A stretch of DNA of 64,000 bases, taken from Pseudanabaena sp. ELA607. Lineage in GTDB: Bacteria; Cyanobacteriota; Cyanobacteriia; Pseudanabaenales; Pseudanabaenaceae. Of the stretch, positions 10,780 to 20,015 are shown in pieces. Numbering within the stretch: position 1 is the first letter of the stretch; the number at the start of each line of letters is the position of its first letter. Under the pieces are notes generated by a model, which was given only the letters and a program-made list of their open reading frames with translations, did no database searches and was not told the origin of the DNA. Position numbers and translations under genes: made by a program. The DNA lies in NCBI GenBank assembly GCA_037130765.1, contig JBAXSK010000001.1, forward strand, positions 7,200 through 71,199, read 5' to 3'.

Positions 10780-11657
10780 TAGGGTACTTGGTCTAACAAT
10801 TTGGCAAGGGTTAATTCATCCTCTGGCGAACTACCATAGCGCGAAATCAAGATGTCAAAGCACAGGTCGCGAAATTCCGGTTCTTTGCCAGAAACGGCAA
10901 TGTTATGCTCGTGGCAAATCCGCCCAATGGCTAGGCACGCCCGCAAGCTAGAACTTTTATCCCCCACCACTTGCCGCCGGAAACCACGCACTAAGTTAAG
11001 TAATTTTAAGGCTTGGGTGCGATCCATGCCAACGCGGGTCACGAGAATTTGTTTTTCGGTGTCGATGTCGGCTTCACCAATATTGATCGTGATCATCCGA
11101 TCCAATAAAGCATCTTGGGTGGGATGAACCCCCGCATATTCTTCTTGATTGGAAGTAAAGATGGCCCGAAATTCAGGATGCACCCGAATGTATTCGTTTT
11201 GGGAACTATCGGGGGGCAAAACCAGCAATTTCTCTTCTAATACACTTAATAAAGCATTATTGACTTCGGGACGGGAGCGATTAAACTCATCATAAATGAG
11301 GGTAAAACCTTCTTTAGCTGCCAGGGTCAAGCGGGAGTCAATCCAGCTATGGCGCAGATCATCTTCCACTTTGAGGACGGAGTGAATATAGTTATCCACG
11401 ACTTTTTTGCGGGTGTAGCCAGCATTAGAGCCAATTAATTGGGAAGAGCGTAAATCTTCGTCCCCATAGAGCAATACCATCGGGCGGCCTAAAACCCCTG
11501 CTAAATGCATGGCTAGGGTGGTTTTACCTGTACCAGCAGGGCCGCGTAAATGCACCGCAAAACCTGATTGCAAATAACGGGAGGCTCGTTTGACGATTTG
11601 CTTGGTAAAATCGGTGCTGACAAACTGTTTCGGATTAGCGTGGAGAACTGTAGTCAT
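10779..11657 (-). CDS. gvpN: gas vesicle protein GvpN (AAA+ ATPase)
   Basis: Walker A GPAGTGKT and Walker B LIYDEFNRS. The size and the position after gvpA/gvpC are typical of GvpN. Confidence 0.9.
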   Translation of the reverse strand: MTTVLHANPKQFVSTDFTKQIVKRASRYLQSGFAVHLRGPAGTGKTTLAMHLAGVLGRPMVLLYGDEDLRSSQLIGSNAGYTRKKVVDNYIHSVLKVEDDLRHSWIDSRLTLAAKEGFTLIYDEFNRSRPEVNNALLSVLEEKLLVLPPDSSQNEYIRVHPEFRAIFTSNQEEYAGVHPTQDALLDRMITINIGEADIDTEKQILVTRVGMDRTQALKLLNLVRGFRRQVVGDKSSSLRACLAIGRICHEHNIAVSGKEPEFRDLCFDILISRYGSSPEDELTLAKLLDQVP

Positions 11658-11918
11658 GGATATTTTCAGCTAATAGGATGTATGGATTGATGCATCAGGG
11701 AATCGCGGACAGACTAGGGAATTATGGGTTTGCCGCTATGCACTGCCAGCCACTGACCGTTTCGCCCCGATAAACCTAGATTCCCGATTTATTTTGGAAG
11801 ATATTTACTGAATTTTCTGCAAAGCTAGTTTCAAAGGTGGTTTGAGGAATTGATGACTAGATTTTGTGCCCCTAGCCATCAATCATTCCATTACTCTAAG
11901 TTAATTACTGTTAATTAC

Positions 11919-12938
11919 TTAAAGTTCTGCCAACCGGAGCAATGCATTGAGAATTTCCGAGGGATCAACGCCTAACTTATTAGCTCCTTGAGCCAAGAGT
12001 TCCCGAGCTTGTTCCCGATCATTCATCACATCACCGAGGGAAAGGCTATGGGGTAAACTCGCCACATAATTAATGACAAAATCATCAATAACAGCCGCAG
12101 TAATCACAGGAGCAGGGGATTTCGCCGGTTTAGGCGCGGTGGCAACTGGGGAAATGACTTCTACTACTACCAGATCTGAGTTGTTACCCCATACGCTTTC
12201 ATGGAGTTGCTGGCGAAACTCTCGCAGATCTTGCCGTAGCTCGTTGCCCATAGCTTGGCGTTCTGCCTGTAACTGATTGAGCAGTAATTCTACCGACATT
12301 TCCAAAGCATGGTGTTGATTTTGCCGATGGTGAGCATCTTTGACCGAGGCTTCGCTTCTTTCTTGGGCAATCTGGAGCATTTCCGCAGCTACGGCTTGAC
12401 GGCGTTGGTTTGCTTCATCGCGACGATCACCTTGATCTTGGGCGGCTGCTGTAAGACGATTAGCTCGATTGGTTGCTAATTCTGCCTGTACCCTTTCGTG
12501 AAGTTCGATCACTTCTACCTTGCGACTAAAGGACTCCGCTTGGGCCATAGTCTGGCGATGGCGACTCACTTCTTGTAATTGCAACCGCACACCTAAAGTT
12601 CTGGCTTGGGATTCAGCTTGGCGCTGCTGTTGGTCGGCTGCGGATTGGCTGAGGCGTTCTTGCTGTAATTGTTGGAGAGATTTTTTCATGAGTTCGGCTC
12701 GTTCTTGAGATGATTCAAATCGTTGCTGCTGCTCTTGCCCGGTCACCGAACGACGCACCAGTTCCCCTGCTAATCTTTCCTGACGGCTTTGGTTTAGAGT
12801 TTCCTCTACCAATTTACCTAAATCTTTCTGTTCCTGTTGCCATGATTGTTGCTTGGCTCTCATGCTAGCGGCTAAATCATCACAGGCTTGTCGCCGCTGT
12901 TTACGGGCTATAGCAAAAGTCTGCATCAACGATGCCAT
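11919..12938 (-). CDS. GvpC-like Q/R/E-rich coiled-coil protein at the gvpC position (atypical)
   Basis: It lies between gvpA and gvpN. The N-terminus MASLMQ resembles GvpC starts. A long glutamine/arginine-rich helical region has only degenerate repeats, followed by a distinct C-terminal globular tail. Confidence 0.5.
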   Translation of the reverse strand: MASLMQTFAIARKQRRQACDDLAASMRAKQQSWQQEQKDLGKLVEETLNQSRQERLAGELVRRSVTGQEQQQRFESSQERAELMKKSLQQLQQERLSQSAADQQQRQAESQARTLGVRLQLQEVSRHRQTMAQAESFSRKVEVIELHERVQAELATNRANRLTAAAQDQGDRRDEANQRRQAVAAEMLQIAQERSEASVKDAHHRQNQHHALEMSVELLLNQLQAERQAMGNELRQDLREFRQQLHESVWGNNSDLVVVEVISPVATAPKPAKSPAPVITAAVIDDFVINYVASLPHSLSLGDVMNDREQARELLAQGANKLGVDPSEILNALLRLAEL

Positions 12939-13267
12939 AAGGTTTTCCTCTCTTCAAACCAATCAAACCACTCAAAACTAATGCATCTAAATCTTCAGTC
13001 ACCCAACCCAATTAACTCAGTTAACATTAACTAGTTAACTTCAATCTGATATATTCATGGCAAAATATTTGACCGATCAAATCCCATTTGTGGATGTAGG
13101 AGGATTGTAGCCATGATTCTAATTAGCCATGTTAAGTAAACATAACTGTAGACCGCCTAATCTTGATCAAGAACTCACAACAAATTCTTTTACGCCATTA
13201 TTTTCAGTCCCACTAATTAAGCTCATGGCGCTCCTCCTACCAAACCACACCGCGCAGTATTGGAGAC

Positions 13268-13486
13268 TTAGGCAGCAGGTACAGCCGCAGAAGTGGTCAA
13301 GCCAACTGCTTCAGCATATTTCAGATAAGTTTCTACGGAAGCGATCACAACACGAGCTTCGATGGATAACAGTTCAATCCCCACCAAAGATACGCGAACC
13401 CATGCATCAATTACGATACCTTTGTCCAAGATCCGATCTACCACTTCTGCCAAGCTGGAAGAAGAGTTTACTTTCTCGACTGCCAT
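13268..13486 (-). CDS. gvpA: gas vesicle structural protein GvpA
   Basis: 72 aa, with the near-canonical sequence [55 protein letters not shown]. Confidence 0.97.
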   Translation of the reverse strand: MAVEKVNSSSSLAEVVDRILDKGIVIDAWVRVSLVGIELLSIEARVVIASVETYLKYAEAVGLTTSAAVPAA

Positions 13487-14101
13487 AAATTTTCTCCTTA
13501 GGTTCTCTCTTTAAAAAATTAACCAGTCATTAACAGATTACAGGCATAACACCTAAGCAACTATTAAGTTTCGGTGTTATGGGCCAACCAATATCTTTTG
13601 ACCAAATTTAGTCAGCAAGTTCTGTACCTAAATTCCTAACTACCATTGTCACCGCCTAATTAGTTTTATGCAACCGCAAAATTACTGATGGTTGATTAAT
13701 CTTTAGGATTGTGACATTAACACCCTCAATTCAAGATATATTACTTTGATAAAGTACACATAACTTGAGAAAGTGTGTCAAACTGGATGAGATCAAGATT
13801 TAATTCTTGCCAGTGTTTTTATTGTACGCCATTAAGATTTTAGTCTTGCTAATTTTTGATTTTATTAACACCGATTTTTTACATGATATTTTTTGATCTA
13901 TTATGATCTCATAATCATCAGATACTGAGTTTTTAGGCTATCATCGCTCAGATATTTAGTTTAGTATTTCCAGATTAGAGGAATCGTTGAATTGCGAAAT
14001 GATTGTCCAGATTATCTGGAAAAGATTGTATGTGAAAGATGATAAAAGATATGGCAAGTTGCATTATGAACGCAGACCAGCCGAGCAGACCACAAGCTAA
14101 A

Positions 14102-15865
14102 TTACCAAATTCCTAATAGAGTCAGATTCGTATCAGCGTAGTCTATATTTAAGATTTGACGATAGGGCATTAAACTTTGCTGCATACTTTCGAGAGATAC
14201 TTCTTGGTGATGCAGTGTCTGAATGAGATGATCTTTAATTGGTTTGAGGACTAGGCGGATCTGCATGGCGCGAATTGTATCAGGGGCATAGTCTTCGACC
14301 AAAACATGACTACGCATCAGATTAAGTTTGTTGGGATGGGGATGTATGACTAGTTCCGTAATCTCGCCGGTGACTGCTTCGATAAATTGCCGACTGACAT
14401 ACTTCATCACCACCGGTTCTAGGGCAAATTCCACTTCTCCAGCTTCAACATTTTTTTCAATTAATGACCGCCACCGTAAAGATTCTAAGGCATCAATTAA
14501 GGCTGAACCTGCCTGCGAATGCAGATCACGCCTGAGATTAACCAGAGAACTAGCTCTTCTTTTTAGGGCTAACCAATATAATACTGACCGCTCTAAATCT
14601 GAGAGTCGTGCCACCTGCTGATATAATAAACTGCGTAACACATCTCCTAAAGCCAATCCGGTTTGTTGCAGAAATTCCGTTACATTTCCATTAAATAATT
14701 CTTGAATAGTAGTAGCCACAATGCGTAATGCTGCCGGATTGCCGCGATATTGCTGCACTAGGGCGGTTAAACCATTAGTGCCAATCCCTTCAGATGTAGG
14801 AAATGCCGTAAAACCCCGCGCTTGTAATAGAGCTAAAGCCCCTGGTTGCCCTAATCCTGATAAGCGATAGGCTCTGGTTGCACCATCGGGAGTTTGGGCG
14901 GCGGAAATTTCCTTGGGTTGTTCGCGACTCAGGATAATCACACAACTTTGATGTCTTTCGGAACCAACTCGTTCTAATAATTCCCCATAACCATCGCATC
15001 CGGGACGATAGGAGCCAACTAATTCCCCATCTTGTAAAATGGTTTCCATATCGTCTAAAATAATCAGGCAGCGCTTGTGCCGTAATTGCTCAATCAAAGT
15101 TGAAACTGTCTGGGATGGCAGTTTATCTTTCGTCAAACCTTGTAATAATTCGGTAATTATTTGCGTGGTGGGTTGTGCGCCTCTTAAGGAACGCCAAATA
15201 CACACTTCAAAAGCCGGAACATTGGCATTGAGTGGAGGACTACCAGAAATCAAACTTTCCACTAGTTTGACCGCTAAACTAGTTTTGCCAATGCCCCCCA
15301 TGCCGCAAATGGAGACGAGTCGCGCTCGATCCGCCATAATCCAGCGCTGTAAAATTGATAAGTCAGCTTCTCGTCCGTAGAGATGGGGAATATCTGGCGC
15401 TTCTCCCCAATCCACTAGCACCCCACGAGAGGCTCCGCTAGATCCCACCGCTGGCATGGCTGCGGCAACAGTAGTCTGACGGGCATTTTCTGGTAAAACG
15501 GAATGCTGTCCTGAAGCAAAGCCATCGCCGACACTGGGAACCCGTTGTAAGCGATAACCTGCCGCATCTAACCAATCAGGCACTTTTTCCCAACGTAATG
15601 TATTGAGGGGGTGCTGGGTCAGGGCTTCAATCATGCGGTACAAGCCTTTATTGATTTCAACCCGCAAGGCTCCCGAAGTCCACGATAGTTTAAAGGCAAT
15701 TTGTCCGGGACGATAGCGGCACAACAACCCGCGTAAACAAGCTCGTTCAAAGGGTTTAAGTTCTTTACCATCGGCGGTTTCTAAGTCATGATAAAGCCGC
15801 GCCAAATCCCATTGCTGGGCAGCTTCAGCAAAAAATTGCTCAAAGTGGTCAAGATCATTGCTCAT
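14102..15865 (-). CDS. STAND NTPase: N-terminal LuxR/sigma-r4-like HTH plus NB-ARC domain, no C-terminal repeat sensor
   Basis: HTH-like segment LKPFERACLRGLLCRYRPGQIAFKL...RVEINKGLYRMIEAL. NB-ARC motifs are GMGGIGKTSLAV (Walker A), LIILDDME (Walker B), VIILSREQP and GNPAALRIVA. Confidence 0.8.
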   Translation of the reverse strand: MSNDLDHFEQFFAEAAQQWDLARLYHDLETADGKELKPFERACLRGLLCRYRPGQIAFKLSWTSGALRVEINKGLYRMIEALTQHPLNTLRWEKVPDWLDAAGYRLQRVPSVGDGFASGQHSVLPENARQTTVAAAMPAVGSSGASRGVLVDWGEAPDIPHLYGREADLSILQRWIMADRARLVSICGMGGIGKTSLAVKLVESLISGSPPLNANVPAFEVCIWRSLRGAQPTTQIITELLQGLTKDKLPSQTVSTLIEQLRHKRCLIILDDMETILQDGELVGSYRPGCDGYGELLERVGSERHQSCVIILSREQPKEISAAQTPDGATRAYRLSGLGQPGALALLQARGFTAFPTSEGIGTNGLTALVQQYRGNPAALRIVATTIQELFNGNVTEFLQQTGLALGDVLRSLLYQQVARLSDLERSVLYWLALKRRASSLVNLRRDLHSQAGSALIDALESLRWRSLIEKNVEAGEVEFALEPVVMKYVSRQFIEAVTGEITELVIHPHPNKLNLMRSHVLVEDYAPDTIRAMQIRLVLKPIKDHLIQTLHHQEVSLESMQQSLMPYRQILNIDYADTNLTLLGIW

Positions 15866-16478
15866 GGTGAGCCATAACAGCCGTGGTTGAAGATGTTTAT
15901 CTCAAATTAATTTTATTAAACTGAATTTGATCGCAGCTTAACGAACTGTGTTGATATTGACACAATCCTGCGGCATAAACCTTGATTGATGATCAACTCA
16001 AGCCAAGATTATAGGAAAAATTGGTGCAAAGGGATCTCTTGGCATCTGGGAAAAAATTACCTCTGGTGTGTTGCATTGAGATGTTGTACACCATGATTCA
16101 GAGTCCGCTGTGCTAGTTCTTGATGATTAAAAGTTTTTGTGCTTAGTAAATTTTTGTAGTTGAAATTTTTGTGGTTAATATTGATGCCTCATCAAATTAG
16201 AAACGACTGTATCAATTGGCAGACATTTAACTAAATCTGAAGTTACGCCACAATTCACCTAACACACTGTTAGGTAAATCACCCATTGCCCCAGCCGCAA
16301 CTCCTAACAGCCTGCAAGGTGATCTAATTAGGTTACCCACCTATACTCAAAATATGCCGCTAGAGATTGTGAATATTTACCCTAAATATCTTAAATACTT
16401 GTCTATTTTGCCTGCCAAACTTTTACCCGCAAAACTGTTCAACCAACCTGCACGGGATGCACCGCCCCAACTGAGATC

Positions 16479-17273
16479 ATGTATAGCTTAACTTCTCCCC
16501 CAACCAAAAGTGCTTCCTTCTCTAGCGCTGACCGCAACACCACCCTAACCCTACTCAAACAATATCGCCAAGCCCCCCAAGCGCAGATCCGTAACCGCTT
16601 GGTACGCCTCAATTTGGGTTTGGTAACCAAAGAAGTCAGCTTTTGGGCTAAACCTCACACAGAACTTTACGAAGATTTATTACAAGTTGGCGCGATGGGT
16701 TTACTGGGCGCAATTGAGCGGTTTGAAATTGAGCGCGGTTATGCTTTTAGTTCATTTGCAGTGCGTTACATTCGCGGCGAAATCCAACACTATTTGCGGG
16801 ATAAAACCAACACCGTCAAAATGCCCCGCCGTTGGCAAGAAATTTATCAGCAAGGTTTACGGCTAGCCCAAAAGCTGCGCTCTACCTTGGGACGGGAACC
16901 TTCCACGACTGAATTAGCCGCCGCTTTAGAAATTACTCCGGCACAATGGCAAGAAATTCGCCTCGCCCACCAAAACCGCGAACCTTTGAGTTTAGATGCA
17001 CCAATTAAGCAAGATGATAAAGATGCCACTAGCCTGTTAGAGTTGATGCCCGATCCCCACAGCTATAATGAGCATCATGATTGGTCAGGCATTCATCAAG
17101 CTTTAGATCATCTTGAAGGACGTACCCGCATGATTATGGAATTCGTGTTCCTTGAAGATCGCCCCCAAAGAGAAGTAGCTATGATGCTGGGAGTTAGTGC
17201 GGTTACAGTATCACGCCAAGTCAAAAAAGGCTTAGAAACCTTACGTTCTGTCATGGTGGCACAGGCGTGTTAG
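16479..17273 (+). CDS. group-3 sigma-70 family sigma factor (SigF/SigB-type)
   Basis: Region 2 (DLLQVGAMGLLGAIERFE, FSSFAVRYIRGEIQHYLRD) and region 4 HTH (REVAMMLGVSAVTVSRQVKKGL). The exact start is uncertain. Confidence 0.85.
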   Translation: MYSLTSPPTKSASFSSADRNTTLTLLKQYRQAPQAQIRNRLVRLNLGLVTKEVSFWAKPHTELYEDLLQVGAMGLLGAIERFEIERGYAFSSFAVRYIRGEIQHYLRDKTNTVKMPRRWQEIYQQGLRLAQKLRSTLGREPSTTELAAALEITPAQWQEIRLAHQNREPLSLDAPIKQDDKDATSLLELMPDPHSYNEHHDWSGIHQALDHLEGRTRMIMEFVFLEDRPQREVAMMLGVSAVTVSRQVKKGLETLRSVMVAQAC

Positions 17274-17286
17274 TTCAGCAATTCTG

Positions 17287-17994
17287 TCACTCGGTTAATT
17301 CTTTGTGGGTAATGGAATCAAAGAATTCAGTACTTAATGTAGTTAGAGATGGATCGGGCAATTCATCAACTAACTGATGTTGGGGCGGTATATAGGAATG
17401 GCTCACCGAATCATAGGCTAAAACCTCGCCAGTTTCGAGATTATAAACCCAGCCGTAAATATTTAACCGCCCCTGATAAAGCCGAGAGCGCACAATGGGA
17501 TAGGTTTTGAGGTGATCAATTTGGGTCAGCACATTTTCAGCGCTGGTGATTTCCAATAATTCCTTATTAGTCAGGTGGCTATAGTTCTCTTTCACTAAGC
17601 GCCGCGTTCCTTCGGCAAGTTTGAGCCATTCATAAACTAAGGGCATTTCTTCCCGCAGGTGATCGAGTTTGAGTAAGCCATTCATTGCGCCACAATGGGT
17701 GTGACCACAGACAATAATTTGTTCTATTTCTAGAGATTGAATAGCATATTCGAGGGTTGCCCCTTCGCTACTGATGTTTGTGCCATAGGGAGGGATAATA
17801 TTTCCGGCATTGCGCATAATGAAAAGTTCACCCACTTCGGCTTTGGTGAGCAAATTAGGGTCAATGCGCGAGTCAGAGCAGGTAATAAAAAGTACCTTGG
17901 GCTTTTGACTCATACCCAATTTTTCAAATAGTTCTAAATGGGCGGGAAAGTGATGATCTTTAAATTCCCTTAAGCCTCGAATTAATTTGCGCAT
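17287..17994 (-). CDS. ccaA: beta-class carbonic anhydrase, CcaA/IcfA-like
   Basis: MRKLIRGLREF..., CSDSRIDPNLL, GELFIMRNAGN and VCGHTHCGAM closely follow carboxysomal CcaA/IcfA. The C-terminus is shorter than the classical protein. Confidence 0.85.
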   Translation of the reverse strand: MRKLIRGLREFKDHHFPAHLELFEKLGMSQKPKVLFITCSDSRIDPNLLTKAEVGELFIMRNAGNIIPPYGTNISSEGATLEYAIQSLEIEQIIVCGHTHCGAMNGLLKLDHLREEMPLVYEWLKLAEGTRRLVKENYSHLTNKELLEITSAENVLTQIDHLKTYPIVRSRLYQGRLNIYGWVYNLETGEVLAYDSVSHSYIPPQHQLVDELPDPSLTTLSTEFFDSITHKELTE

Positions 17995-18039
17995 AGTTTT
18001 GCGTAATTAGTTTTTATCACATTACCAGAAAGCGTAACT

Positions 18040-18116
18040 TTGACGCGATCACCATATAATTCGCCTAGGTTCAATTCGTGCAGTGTTGGCTGGATATTAT
18101 TTAAAGTTGTATTCAT
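18040..18116 (-). pseudogene. 5' remnant of a nucleotidyltransferase (MNT) gene
   Basis: It reads MNTTLNNIQPTLHELNLGELYGDR..., matching the N-terminus of the intact 19975..20343 protein (MNPTLNNIQPTLHELKLGLKELYGDR). It then runs into the ccaA upstream region. Confidence 0.55.
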
Positions 18117-18190
18117 TTGATCGCTCCTTGCTCAAAGGCTTGATTAACTCTCTCAATTTGTTTCAGCACTTCCATTTTGTGCATCAAAAA

Positions 18191-18633
18191 CTAGAATTCT
18201 TGACTTGGCAAAATTGGTTCAATTAACTTGAATAGTTCAGGAATATCTTTGTTTGTAGTTTTCCAAACTTCATTTAAGTCAGTATCATCATAATCATGGA
18301 TTAAGTTGTCTCTCATGCCTGCCATTACAGCCCTTGCCTGATTTACTCAGTACACAGCTAGACTTCAAGCTTTCGATCTTTCTGGTGCAAAATCATACTT
18401 AATGATTGAGGAATAGGCTGTAATGAGCAAGGAATGTTTAAATTCTGTTTTCTAAATTCCTGAGAAATCCTCTTAGTAGCTTCACCAATAATCAAGAGTT
18501 GATACAAAATAGATGACTGAGTTTTATCATCATCCATAAACTCACTTTTGTTCAAGCCCTGCTTATATTCTAGGATTTTATAAGCAGCTTTAGAGATGTC
18601 AATTAGTGATGTAACGTCTTTATTTGTTGACAT
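18191..18633 (-). pseudogene. hepT: HepT (DUF86/HEPN) toxin gene disrupted by a roughly 100-bp insertion
   Basis: The N-terminal part is ORF 18358..18633. The C-terminal part, AGMRDNLIHDYDDTDLNEVWKTTNKDIPELFKLIEPILPSQEF, is in another frame at 18191..18320. It carries the RxxxxHxY motif seen in paralog 21091..21444. Confidence 0.7.
18323..18425. mobile_element. MITE-like insertion with 10-bp perfect terminal inverted repeats inside hepT
   Basis: CATTACAGCC at 18323..18332 and GGCTGTAATG at 18416..18425 bracket about 100 bp. This segment separates the two halves of the HepT reading frame. Confidence 0.5.
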
Positions 18634-18682
18634 AAAACGTCTTTATTTGTTGACATAAAACGTCTTTATTTGTTGACATAAA
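18614..18682. repeat. perfect 23-bp tandem repeat x3 (acgtctttatttgttgacataaa)
   Basis: Three identical units at 18614, 18637 and 18660. Each unit contains both the MNT stop and the HepT start (ATGTCAACAAATAAAGACG on the coding strand). Confidence 0.9.
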
Positions 18683-18992
18683 TTGTTTGTGCGGTATTCA
18701 AAATTTCTTTTTTGCGTATCCAATTATGACTTCGCTCGATCGCGTTTTTATTAATTAGATCAACTTTCCTATTCATAATTAAAGTTAATTCTTGCTGCAT
18801 CTGGACGCGATCAAATAAGCTCCAGTCAGATTTTTCAGAAAACTTCACTAGGCAATCGATGTCACTATTTGAGCCGAAGTCATCGCGCAGAACGGAACCA
18901 AAAAGGGCAAATTCGACGATCTGCCAACGCTGACAAAATTCGCGGATCTGTGGCATGGGGAGGTTAATATTTGTGACTATTTGAGTATTCAT
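18666..18992 (-). CDS. mntA: MNT-family nucleotidyltransferase antitoxin
   Basis: The motif FGSVLRDDFGSNSDIDCLV (GS...DxD) is present. It is a close paralog of 21416..21757. Confidence 0.85.
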   Translation of the reverse strand: MNTQIVTNINLPMPQIREFCQRWQIVEFALFGSVLRDDFGSNSDIDCLVKFSEKSDWSLFDRVQMQQELTLIMNRKVDLINKNAIERSHNWIRKKEILNTAQTIYVNK

Positions 18993-19047
18993 TGTGTGTT
19001 TCCTCCAAAGGCTTGTCTAACTTGCAATAAAACTTACGATCATTTTT

Positions 19048-19317
19048 CTAAGGGAAGTAACGATAAAATTCTTTGCGGTGTAATGTGCGGATGACTTCTA
19101 CTGTATTGCCAGAAATTTCTATGCCAATGCGATAGTCACCAACTCTAATGCGGTAACGGGTTGAATATCCTTGCATGGCTTTTATGTTCGATAGTTCCTC
19201 TAAGTTCTTAGCTTCAGGCAAAGTTGTAAAGGCAATTTCATAGATGCGTTGATATACTGATGAGCCTTTCAGGTTTTTGAGGTCTTTTAAAAATGACTGG
19301 CGATACTTTACTTCCAT
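19048..19317 (-). CDS. RelE/ParE-family type II toxin
   Basis: 89 aa. The pattern YRIRVGDYRIGIEISGNTVEVIRTLHRKEFY is typical of RelE/ParE toxins. It sits 14 nt downstream of a small antitoxin-like ORF. Confidence 0.8.
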   Translation of the reverse strand: MEVKYRQSFLKDLKNLKGSSVYQRIYEIAFTTLPEAKNLEELSNIKAMQGYSTRYRIRVGDYRIGIEISGNTVEVIRTLHRKEFYRYFP

Positions 19318-19331
19318 TTTAGTCTTCCAAT

Positions 19332-19553
19332 TTAATCCTCTAAAAAGGCTAGAGCTTCGGCAGGGGAGTAAAGAGGAGTGTTTTTACCTTCATCCATTGC
19401 TTTATTGAGACAATAATCTTCTATGGCTTCGCTAAGATTTTCTAGAGAGATGTTGTCGGTGGGTAAAAGTTGCCGCCAAATCTCGATGGGAATGACAACT
19501 GCGGTGGGCTGTCCTTCTTGGTTAGTTATATACTCAAGGTTTAATAGGGGCAT
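19332..19553 (-). CDS. putative antitoxin partnered with the RelE/ParE toxin
   Basis: 73-aa acidic protein immediately upstream of the toxin. Its N-terminus resembles Phd/YefM-style antitoxins (QPTAVVIPIEIWRQL). Confidence 0.6.
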   Translation of the reverse strand: MPLLNLEYITNQEGQPTAVVIPIEIWRQLLPTDNISLENLSEAIEDYCLNKAMDEGKNTPLYSPAEALAFLED

Positions 19554-19649
19554 AACATTTACCTTGGTGAATGCTTTTCATAAAATCTGCTTTCATTATA
19601 TCAAAAGTTTTTGTGTTACTCATGCGCTTAACGATTCTCTTAAATCGTG

Positions 19650-20015
19650 TCAATTTTCTCTCTGCTCAAAAAACTCTTCGGCATAAACGATCTGTTCAGC
19701 CGCTTTGTCAAGAGTTACTTCATTTGATTTTCCGTAGTCGCCCATTTGTCTTAGCTCCTGTGCTTCAATTAAGTAGCGATGAAAATGAGTTGGCACTTCG
19801 CCTTCTTTAACGAATTCGCGACCAAAACCTGAGATCACAGCAGAGTGTTTTGAATAGGAAAGATTTTTGTCTAACAAGATGGCAGAAACCACATAGAACA
19901 TGGTGTAGTAACTTCGGGCGGCGGAGTATCCTGCATATCCATTATTCAGAAGTAATTTGGCGGCGGCGAGGCTATCACGTGCTTGTTGTAAGAGTTCGTC
20001 TTTGTCTGTGGTCAT
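19650..20015 (-). CDS. HEPN domain protein (toxin-like partner of the upstream nucleotidyltransferase)
   Basis: 121-aa helical protein with ELRQMGDYG near the C-terminal third. It overlaps the nucleotidyltransferase gene by about 40 nt. Confidence 0.8.
   Translation of the reverse strand: MTTDKDELLQQARDSLAAAKLLLNNGYAGYSAARSYYTMFYVVSAILLDKNLSYSKHSAVISGFGREFVKEGEVPTHFHRYLIEAQELRQMGDYGKSNEVTLDKAAEQIVYAEEFFEQREN

Noticed and set aside
12073-12708. Plus-strand ORFs of 62 to 67 aa inside the GvpC-like gene.
   Set aside because: They are antisense to a repetitive Gln/Arg-rich gene. Cys/Trp/Arg-rich translations like these are typical of reverse-strand artefacts.
13129-13488. A 119-aa plus-strand ORF overlapping gvpA.
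   Set aside because: It is antisense to near-canonical gvpA. It is a shadow ORF.
18614-18682. Possible mini-CRISPR array.
   Set aside because: The three 23-bp units are directly abutting with no spacers, and no cas genes are nearby. This is a simple tandem duplication.
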